A stretch of DNA of 64,000 nt from Octopus sinensis (lineage: Eukaryota): assembly GCF_006345805.1 (NCBI RefSeq), contig NC_043013.1, positions 18,166,001 through 18,230,000 of the forward strand, in the 5' to 3' direction. Positions 51,066 to 61,403 of this stretch are shown in pieces. The notes beneath the pieces are model-generated. The model worked only from the letters and a program-made list of their open reading frames with translations. It had not been told where the DNA came from and did not search any database. How positions within the stretch are numbered: the stretch's first letter is position 1; each line of letters opens with the position of its first letter. The position numbers and the translations under genes were made by a program.

Positions 51066-51557
51066 AAGACTCCTCTAGGTCTGTGTATTACCATGACCAC
51101 CACCTCAATCTCTGCAACCACCTGCAGAGATGTTATTAGCCACCATTCTGTTCAAGAGAAATAACAAACTCATCACCAAAATTTAACATTTTATAAATCA
51201 TGAAAAGTAAAAACAAAAAGTAAAAAAAAAACAAAAAAACAAAAGTAAAGATAAAAAAAAGAATCCAAGAATTTTGAATATTTTCCAACTGAGAAATTGG
51301 TTTTTAAAATAAGGAATTTTGGTCATTTTCAAAATGTTATAAAAAAAACCAACTAAATATTGGTATTTTATTCCATCTGTTTGTTAGTCTCCACTATATG
51401 TCATGGGCTGTTGTAACACTGAAAATATTTGAGAAATGGTTTAAAAAAACCCCAAAACAACTTAATAATGGTATAAATTATGGTATTAGTGCTGATGGTA
51501 GTTGTAGTGGGGGAGACAATGATAATTGTAGTAGTGGTGAATCTAACAAAAATCTAT

Positions 51558-51646
<89 letters not shown>

Positions 51647-51650
51647 TATG

Positions 51651-51703
<53 letters not shown>

Positions 51704-51724
51704 TCATTGAAGTAGTAATTGTGC

Positions 51725-51802
51725 GCGGCTGAAGAAGGCCATAGACACACATTATGCATTGTTATAAATCCATCTAATAAAGGCCCGAAACATATGTACC
51801 GC
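51725..51802 (+). ncRNA. Type I hammerhead ribozyme-like motif
   Basis: Stem I GCGG/CCGC; CUGAAGA 51729-51735; stem II GGCC/GGCC with long loop; GAAAC 51787-51791; self-complementary ACAUAUGU; GUA triplet 51796-51798. Confidence 0.65.
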
Positions 51803-51910
51803 TGAATCCTTGGCATCATGTTTTTATTTTGATTAATATATATATTCATTTATATATACATATATATATATATATATTTTATCTGTAAATATAATGTGTG
51901 ACAATTATTT

Positions 51911-51987
51911 GGTAGCCATGATAAAACTCCAAGTTTCGGATGTCGGGGCGGAAACCCATGCCAGCATCTCTTCAGTTATTGGGCCAT
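51911..51987 (-). ncRNA. Hammerhead-like motif in left arm
   Basis: AUAA-CUGAAGA-GAUG...CAUC-C-GAAAC-UUGGA-GUU-UUAU. Confidence 0.4.
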
Positions 51988-52197
51988 CGAAAAAATGCTA
52001 TGAAAATGACCATTAAAACAAAGGGAAATTACTGTGTGACTGACCGTTATTAAGACAAAAAAGCTATTAGAATGACTGCTAAGTAAGGATCCCTCCCCTT
52101 ACTTAGCGGTCATTCTAATACGTCTTTTGTCTTAATAATGGTCAATCACACAGTAATTTCCCTTTGTTTTAACGGTCATTTTCATAGCATTTTTTCG

Positions 52198-52274
52198 ATG
52201 GCCCAGTAACTGAAGAGATGCTGGCGTGGGATTCTGCCCAAACATCCGAAACTCGGAGTTTTATCATGGCTACC
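52198..52274 (+). ncRNA. Hammerhead-like motif in right arm
   Basis: GUAA-CUGAAGA(52210-52216)-GAUG...CAUC-C-GAAAC(52248-52252)-UCGGA-GUU-UUAU; extra C before GAAA is non-canonical. Confidence 0.4.
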
Positions 52275-52799
52275 GAATAATTATCACATATATTTACAGA
52301 TAAATTCCTCTATTTACATAATACTGAGGTCTCTTTCATTCTTTTGTTGTCTTGCCATTTCTATCAATAAATATATATATATATATTTTATATATAAAAA
52401 ATACAAAATGGGACAACAATGCAAAATATCCAGACAGTTAGGTGATACAAAAAAGGGTCAACAAAACATCCAGATAGATGATACAAAGAAAACAAGGATG
52501 AGTCATTCGGAGTTTTTTTCTTCCTCATTTGAGTTCCAGATTATCTTTGCAATTTTGGCTGATCTCAACTGTGTGTATAAATGTAAACAAACAAATATTT
52601 GTTTTGTTATTGGAAGTGTCAAAATGTGTATTGTACGATACAAATAAGAAAATAATATTTTTTCGGACAAAGTTGCCACCCCTGGGTGGTTGTTGACAAA
52701 TTTTTCACCCTGTAAGTGTAATTTACCCAGTATTTCCGCTGTTCAATATCAACTCTGTATTAAAAAAAATATCATCTTATTTGTGTCATACAATATATC

Positions 52800-53109
52800 A
52801 CCGGGATCACTGCGACCGACCAAGCTATCAGATGTTGCTACACATCACTGGTCACAGTACGCTTCGCATTGTTTTAGCCTTCAAGTGATGCCACCCCGCT
52901 GGCTAAGCGAGCAGGCCAACAGAAGAAAGAGTGAGAGAGAGTTGTGGCGGAAGAGTACAGCAGGGATTGCCACCACACCCTGCTGGAGCCTCGTGGAGAT
53001 TTAGGTGTTTTTGCTCAATAAACACTCACAACACCCGGTCTGGGAATCGAAACCGCGACCCTATGACCGCGAGTCCGCTGCCCTAACCACTGGGCCATTG
53101 TGCCTCCAC
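52800..53109 (-). mobile_element. SINE family D head with alternative tail
   Basis: 52920-53109 matches the family-D head/middle; 52800-52920 differs from the tails of 41141-41443 and 43336-43640. Confidence 0.8.
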
Positions 53110-53689
53110 GTCATACAATATATATAAAATCTTAATTTTATCTCCGTCTTTCCAAGCTGACATAGGTAGGACAGTTCAACAGGATTCAATGGGTTGGAGG
53201 ATTATATCTTGCTTCAACATTTAATTTTTTTATGGTTTCTCTGAGTGGATGCTCCTTCCTATAACCAACCACTTTACAAAGTGTACTGGACATATTCTAT
53301 CATGGCACCTGCACTATATAGGTTGCCTTGCCATCAGTAAGATTAAAGAGACCTCTCAAGCTCTGCATTGTAACTGCTTGTATTGATTACCAATTGCTTA
53401 ATGGAGTGTAATGGGTGCTTTTCGAAGTGTCAGCATTGTTGGGGTTACTTTGCAGCTTGCAAATTGAAAGAGAGCCCCATGATGTATGAAACAGATTTAT
53501 TGTAAGAAAATGGTAATGGAGAGGATAATAGACAGAACAATCTTGGAAGGGGAAGAGTAATGACAGGTATTAATGTGAATAGGAGGAGGGACAAAGTGGT
53601 AATGGTGATGGGATGGGTTGAGTAGGCAGACCCAGTGAAGGGGTTGGTCAGTTTATCTAAGTTCATTAGGGATCAAAGCAGTTTATAGT

Positions 53690-54005
53690 GTTTTGTGTGT
53701 GTGTGTGTGTGCATGCATATATTTGTACATGTCTATGTGTGCATGTGTGTGTGTGTGTGTATGTGTGTGTGTGTGTGCATGCATGTATTTGTACATGTGT
53801 GTATGTGCATGTGTTAGTGTGTGTGTGCATGCATGCATGTATTTGTACATGTGTGTATGTGCATGTGTTTGTGTGTGTGTGTGTATGTGTGTGTGTGTGT
53901 GCATGCATGTATTTGTACATGTGTGTATGTGCATGTGTTAGTGTGTGTATACGTGCATGCATGTATTTGTACATGTGTGTGTGTGCATGTGTTTATACAT
54001 GTGTG
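53690..54005. repeat. Higher-order (GT)-rich minisatellite
   Basis: GCATGCATGTATTTGTACATGTGTGTATGTGCATGTGT motif x5 with alternating long/short spacing. Confidence 0.85.
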
Positions 54006-54673
54006 CGATTGTTTAGACTTGCACTTCTTTGAAAATTGCTGAGTAGTGACACTGTAGTCACTTCCTTTGTCAACACATCCTTTGCTGGCGTTGCACTTTG
54101 AAAGATGCAAAAAATAAGAGACTTTCTTACTTGAAAAACAGGTAAAGGTTAGTGATAGGAAAGCATCCATCAGCAAAACAAAGCCCTTTGGTATATGCAT
54201 CTAATCCATGCTAGCATGGAAAAAATATATGTGAAATTATACAGTCAAATGGGGTGATGTAATTTATCTTGCAACTTGCAAGACATTCACTTTAACTGCC
54301 AGCTAGAAATCATGAGGATTTCAGCACCTTCCTACAAGATGGCAGGATGACTCTCTCTAGCTGCTCTGAGCAGAAATATTGCTACACACATGCTTACATA
54401 TACACATGAGTTTAGCCTCTGAAGAAATACAAGAACTTAGTGAAACAATTGTACAGCTGTAAGGCAACTTATATATATATATATATATTAATAAAGTTGC
54501 AAAGGCATCACAAAAACTGTTACTCAGAGTTTCATGTTCGTGTTTGTCGTGAAAATCTGAGTAATAGTTTTTGCAATGTCTTTGCAGCTTTATTAATCAA
54601 ACATATTACTCTACCTCCAGTATTTGAGTACTATTTTTTCCATCTTGTTTCACATTTATATGCTTACTGTGGC

Positions 54674-54726
<53 letters not shown>

Positions 54727-55384
54727 TAGATAGATAGATAGACACACACACACACACAAATTATTTGTAACAGTAAAAAACAAAGTAGATAAAGCTATAA
54801 ATAAAAATATATGTCAGGTTAAAAAAAACCTTCATGAATGGAAAAAGGTAAAAGCTGCATGCACGCACACACACACACACACTCACATGCACACATGCAT
54901 GTTTGGGGACTAGAACTCAATACCAAAGAGTACATATTTTTTACATGGGCTGAGACTTTCATGCACTGCACTTATCAAACTATATATCAAACTATATATA
55001 TCACCATTCATCATCCACGTTTCCATGCTTGCATGGATCAGATGGAATTTGTTGAGATGCCGTTCCTGTTGCTAAGCCAAACCTGTTTCAAAGTAATGGT
55101 TATACTTCCCATCACCAGACATGTTTTCGTGGAAGACTGGAAATGAAGGACACTGCTTCCATGATGGTGACATCCGTTTACGACTATCTCACACACATAC
55201 ACACACACAGATGCACACATGTACACACACACACACACACATATGCACACATGTACACACACATACACAGATGCACACACATACACAGATGTACACACAC
55301 ATACACACACAGACAAATACATATACACACAAACACACACACATACATACATACATATACACAAACATACATACATACATACAT

Positions 55385-55552
55385 ACATTAATGACAAGCT
55401 TCTTTAAGTTTCCATTTACCAAATTCATTCACAAGGCTTTGGTTGGCCCAGGTCTATAGTAGAAGACACTTGTCCAAGGTGTCACACAGGTGGGACTGAA
55501 CCTGAAACCATGTGGTTAGGAAGTAAACTTCTTACTACACAGCTATGCCTGT
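55385..55552 (-). mobile_element. SINE family A head half
   Basis: Aligns with the head of 1222-1642. Confidence 0.8.
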
Positions 55553-55580
55553 GCCAGTAAATACGTGTGTGCGTGAGTGT

Positions 55581-55656
<76 letters not shown>

Positions 55657-56155
55657 GTATATCTCACACAGCCGCATATATACCCAACTATATAGACTCA
55701 AAGTATCTGCTTCCAGCCAAAAGTACCCTTTATAAGAAAATTGGATGGGCATATTCATTTAGTTAGTTCATACATACATACATACATACATACACACATA
55801 TATATATATATAGAGAGAGAGAGAGAAAGAGAGAATGTGAAAGAGAGAGGTTAAAATTCAAAATAGAAAGTCAGCTGATTGTATAAGAAAAACAGGAGAG
55901 TCGGAGAGGGAAAGACAGAAGGAAAGAGATACTAAAGTAATCATAGAAAGAGAAACGAAAAGATTGCATAAGAGAAGATGAGGAGATAGACAGAGATAAA
56001 TAAATGGATAGATAGATAGACAGAGAGATAGATAAAAAGAGAGAAAAAGAGAGAGAGAGAGAATGAAAGATGAGGTCATATTATATTATAAAAGGATGGT
56101 GGCAGAGAAAGGATACAATAAGGGGGAGAGAAAGAAATAATAAAGATGTATTTAT

Positions 56156-56192
<37 letters not shown>

Positions 56193-56849
56193 AAAGAAAA
56201 ATAAAGAGTGATAGAAGGAAGATGTTACAAAATAGAGGAATATTTCACAAATGCAAATATGTAATACTTAATAATAGTACATCTGTCCTACAGTATATAT
56301 ATGTGTGAGTGTGTGTGTGTGTATAGTGTGTGTGTGTAAGGGAAGAGGGTATATATATAATTTGGAGCTTTAAGTTTTTAAATATAAGATGATAATAAAC
56401 AACATACATATGTATGACCACAAATTTTATACATACATTCTTCTGTATGCATATGTACATACATGCAGACCGATAAATATAGTTATATACACACATATAC
56501 ACATAAATATACAGTCCGTTGCAATGAAACAGACAATCCGACACACATGCACGCACGCACACAGACGCTTACAAACATATATATGCATATACGTATGCAC
56601 ATACATACATATACAAATGCATATGAATGTATATATATATGTATGTATGTATGTATGCATGTATGTATATGTGTGTTTACATACACACAAACCACATACA
56701 TGTATGTATGTTTATAAATATACAAACACGCACACACACATGCATGTAAATCTACACACCTGATTACCTCCAGAAGTCGGTCCCACATGGTAAACAAGTC
56801 CCTCTCTACAGTGACCATACTTTGCAGATGCTATACATAATAATCTTAC

Positions 56850-56965
56850 TTCTGGTCAATTGTCCGTTTAACGCCAGCTTCTCTATCAAACTGTAAGAGA
56901 CTGCTTTGCCAAAATATATCTGGGATGAATGCCAGATCACAGAAGCCAGTGTCCGAACCAATCAT
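56850..56965 (-). CDS. Candidate exon MIGSDTGFCDLAFIPDIFWQSSLLQFDREAGVKRTIDQ + AA (phase 2)
   Basis: Donor GAA|GTAAGA at 56850/56849; 38 open codons in a GC-richer island between microsatellites; weak ATG context. Confidence 0.2.
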
Positions 56966-57208
56966 AAACACTAACACTACTGTTTTACTAATATAAAGAC
57001 ACACACACATACACACACACAAATATATATATATATATATAAATATAAATATATATAATTATTAATTATATGTGTATGTATATGTGTTATTTATTTATAA
57101 ATATGTATATGTGTATATACACATGTAGATATAGTACATATATCGTATATATATATATTATGTAAATGTGTATGCGTCTATATATATATATATATAATGT
57201 AAATGTGT

Positions 57209-57285
<77 letters not shown>

Positions 57286-57287
<2 letters not shown>

Positions 57288-57339
57288 ACCCATGCTAGCA
57301 TGGAAAGCGGACGTTAAACGATGATGATGATGATGATGA
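57286..57339 (+). mobile_element. Very short RTE 3' tail inserted in (TA)n
   Basis: CAACCCATGCTAGCATGGAAAGCGGACGTTAAACG(ATG)n. Confidence 0.9.
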
Positions 57340-57954
57340 TAAATATGTATGTGTGTAAATATATATATATATATATATCTGTCCGTCTATCTATATATAT
57401 ATATGTATGTATACATATATATTTGTGCACATGCATATGTTTATATATGTATGTGTGTGTGTGTGTGTATATATATATACACACACACACACATATATAT
57501 ATATATACATAGATAATGTATGCATATATTTTACACACACACACGCAGTAACATGCACATGTATATTTCATTTGTATATGTACATACATGTGTGTGTGTG
57601 TTTACGTATATTCATACATCATCATCATCATCGTCGTCGTGAATAGTTTACATCACCATTTTTATTCTGGCAAAGGTTGGACAGGTCATCACAGACTGAA
57701 GCGGTTCTTATTTGGAGTTACTTCCTCCTGGACAGTTCAGCGACCACATTCCGCTTGTGTGTCCCACATGTGTCATACTCCTCTTTGGCTCGATGCCCTT
57801 CTTAAGCCAATCGCTTCACAGAATAGCCTGGCCGAGACTTGCCATGCACTCTGTTTTACTTTATATTGCTTCTGTTCACTGAGAGGGTATAAAGAGGGAA
57901 ATTGATGGGAGGAAACCTGGGGGATAGGAATGAGAGGGTGATAGGTGAAAGAGT

Positions 57955-57992
<38 letters not shown>

Positions 57993-58904
57993 AGAAAGAT
58001 AGCTAGCTGTATATTTGCTGTTGGTAGGTTGGTAGGTAGATGGGGAATTGAAGAGAGAAAGGCAGAAGGGGACAAGATGAAGTAATGGAAATAAGAGAAA
58101 GTGATGAATAGGAATAAAGATGGACAATGGTAAGACAAAGAGTGATGGACATTAGTAATTTGGGACTGACTGGGTAACTCCAATGCTATCCCTCATGACA
58201 TAGGTGGTGTGGTTGGAGGGGCATCGTACAATAGTTCGGAAGTAAGCTAACAGCAGAGTGGGTGAGTGATAAATGAGAAAGTAACAAAGAGAGCGATAGA
58301 GTAGTATGTATGTATGTATGGGTGTATGGGTGTGTGTGTATGTGGACATATATATATATGTACACATATGCTCAGATACATGTATGTGTTAGTGTGTGTA
58401 AACGTGTATGTATATATATGTGCCTGTGTGTGTCTGCGAATAAAAGACATCAGGCATAAATGACAAAAATGGATAACTTAAACAAAACAAATGGAAGATT
58501 TTTCTTCATCAGCTGGCTGTAAGGGATTGCTGTGATTTCAACATCTTTAGATAGTACTGCTAAGAACAGTGGCATCAACAAACATCAGAAAAGGTTGCTA
58601 GGGAGTGGTACAGTGACTGGGGCAGAAAATAAAAAAAAAAATTTTTTTTTTTAAAACCAAAATAAATATAACAAAAATACAATACTATTGACCCAATAGC
58701 AACTCTGGGAAAATGAGAAATAACAAAACTAGGCGTTTGAGTGATTGTCTTGGAAGGGACAAATATAATAGAGAGATATAGAAAATGGTGTGTTCTTGTA
58801 GAGAACTCAAGTCAAATAGGAATGAAGCTAGTGGGAGTGAATATGAATAATGAAGAGGGAGAATTGCATTTTGGGAATGGAACAGGTGAAATATGTTCTT
58901 TTAT

Positions 58905-59118
58905 TTGTTTCAATCATTTGAATGTGGCCATGCTGGAGCATCACCTTTAGTTGAATAAATCAAATCTTTCAGTTTCTGTCTACCAAATCCACTCCCAAGG
59001 CTTTGGTCAGCCTGAGGCTATAGTAGAAGATACTTGCCCAAGGTGCCATGCAGTGGGACTGAACCCAGAACCGTGTGGTTGGTAAGAAAGCCACTTACCA
59101 CGCAGCCACTCCTGTGCC
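58905..59118 (-). mobile_element. SINE family A with central deletion
   Basis: Tail start fused to the head half. Confidence 0.8.
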
Positions 59119-59988
59119 TCAGTCAACAATTTAATTTCGAGTGCTTCTTATGCACCACAAGTCCTTACGAGAGATTCTCTCAAGGTAAATAACACAGTAT
59201 TCTGTATTCTAACACAACCTCCATATTAAGTTGGAGATCCAAATTACCTTTCCTTTCTGTTACCCTCTCCACCGACACCCTCTTACAACAATAAACCTGC
59301 TCCTACTCTCATATTTTAACTTCTAAACGCATTGCCTGAAGTCACCACCTTCTCTCTTATTCCCCTTTTCTAATCTGGCTGCACTTTAGTCTTAAAAGTT
59401 ACAAGGTGACTTCACTATAACTGGTTCCATGAAAAATGCATCCAGTGCACTTTGCAAAGTGTTTGGCATTAGGAAGAGCTTCAAACATTGGGGCAAGATG
59501 GCACTTACCAACCTGTTGGGGCCAGTCTAATTGTCCAACTCATGCCAGCATGGAAGTCAAATATGAAATGATGATGATGTTGGAGCTTCACAACCTATTA
59601 TTAACTGAGCTCATATAAACCAATTACCTATTTTTTCATCCTCACTTGCATTGTTTACATTAGGTGTATTTAGATATGAAGCATCATAACAAATCCAAGC
59701 TGGCTAGAATTTCTATAGAAAATCTGTAGACATAACCTTAAAAAGTGATTTAATAGCATCGCTAACAATATTGACTAGTAAAGCATTTAATATACTTTGT
59801 AGTATATTATGGTTGTATAACAAAATATGGTGTCCCTACAAATATTTAATATGAGCTCTTAATTAGCAGGTAAATATATTTTTACCTGCTAATCTATCTA
59901 TCTTATCTATCTATCTATTTATCTATTTATCTATCTATCTATTTATCTATTTATCTATCTATCTATCTATCTATATATATATATATAT

Positions 59989-60162
59989 AGGCATGGCTGT
60001 GTGGTAAGTAACTCGTTTACGAACCACATGGTTCCGGGTTCAGTCCCACTGCGTGGCACCTTGGGCAAGTGTCTTCTACTATAGCCTCGGGCCGACCAAA
60101 GCCTTGTGAGTGAATATGGTAGATGGAAGCTGAAAGAAGCTCGTTGTATATATGTATATATT

Positions 60163-60196
<34 letters not shown>

Positions 60197-60408
60197 TGTT
60201 TGTATGTCTGTGTTTGTCCCCACAACATCGCTTGACAACTGATGCTGGTGTGTTTATGTCCCCGTAACTTAGCAGTTCGGCATAAGAGACCAATAGAATA
60301 AGTACTAGGCTTACAAAGAATAAATCCTAGGGCCGATCTACTCGACTAAAAGGCGGTGTTCCAGCATGGCCACAGTCAAATGACTGAAACAAGTAAAAGA
60401 ATAAAAGA

Positions 60409-60410
<2 letters not shown>
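59989..60410 (+). mobile_element. SINE family A, full length
   Basis: Aligns with 32614-33072. Confidence 0.9.
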
Positions 60411-60439
<29 letters not shown>

Positions 60440-60489
60440 CCTTGTACCTACTACTTAATATTTACAACCTTCTATCTACCATATTTCTT

Positions 60490-60715
60490 AATGAGTATAA
60501 AATCTGCCTGGCTTGTTTGAATGGAGGGTGATCAAGTAGCAAGTCGATTTGCTGAAGTTTGTGTTACAGAGGGTTAGTTCATTTGTATCGCAGAACTCAA
60601 GAAGCCTTAATTCCACCTCATTCCTAGAGCTGTGTCCATAGCTACCATGTACTCCAGAAAAGCCATCATAATACTGCTCAACATCATTATTGAAACCACC
60701 AGCCAAGATAATGAA
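60490..60715 (-). mobile_element. RTE-clade APE endonuclease fragment
   Basis: GFSGVHGSYGHSSRNEVELRLLEFCDTNELTLCNTNFSK...LIT matches the G.YG...RN..G..LL.FC...L.I.NT.F pattern of RTE endonucleases. Confidence 0.75.
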
Positions 60716-60766
60716 TGCCACTCGAACTTTGCAAATATCTTCTCTAATATGTGTGTGTGTGCGTGT

Positions 60767-61095
60767 GTGAAGGCATATGGTTTAGTGGTAAGGGTCTTTG
60801 GCTCACAATTGTAAGTTTGTGAGTGCAATTCTCAGCAATGCACCGTGTCCTTAAGCAAAACATTTTATTTCACATTGCTCCAGTTTACTCAGCTGGCAAA
60901 AATGAGAAGTAGCAGTATTCCAAAGGGCCAGCTTTGTCACATCTTGCGTCACACTGGATTTCCTTGAGAACTTTGTTAAGGGTAAGTGTGCTGTAGAGTG
61001 CTCAGCTACTTGCATATTAATTTAATGAGCAGGTTGTTCTGGCTGTTCTGTTGATTGGATCAACTTGAATCCTCATTGTTGTAAATGAAAGAGTA
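60767..61095 (+). mobile_element. SINE family C, degenerate
   Basis: Aligns with 46785-47105. Confidence 0.85.
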
Positions 61096-61117
61096 CCAAT
61101 TATATATATATATATAT

Positions 61118-61380
61118 TCATCATCATCATCATCATCATCATCGTTTAGCGTCCGTTTTCCATGCTAGCATGGGTTGGACGGTTCTACTGGGGTCTGTGA
61201 AGCCAGAAGGCTTCATCAGGCCCAGTCAAATCTGGCAGTGTTTCTACGGCTGGATGCCCTTCCTAACGCCAACCACTCCGTGAGTGTAGTGGGTGCTTTT
61301 TACATGCCACCCGCACAGGTGCCAGACAGAGCTGGCAAATGGCCACGAACGGATGGTGCTTTTTACGTGCCACCGGCATG
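61118..61380 (-). mobile_element. RTE LINE 3' tail, inverted relative to the adjacent LINE
   Basis: Reverse complement of ~63450-63711. Confidence 0.9.
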
Positions 61381-61403
61381 GGTTAGTATATAATCATTTG
61401 ATT

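Larger units (their letters stand above)
51878..52372. mobile_element. Head-to-head inverted pair of a Penelope-like repeat (~210-bp arms, 8-nt loop)
   Basis: 51878-52088 is the near-perfect reverse complement of 52097-52304; right copy continues to 52372, matching 3716-3838. Confidence 0.85.
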
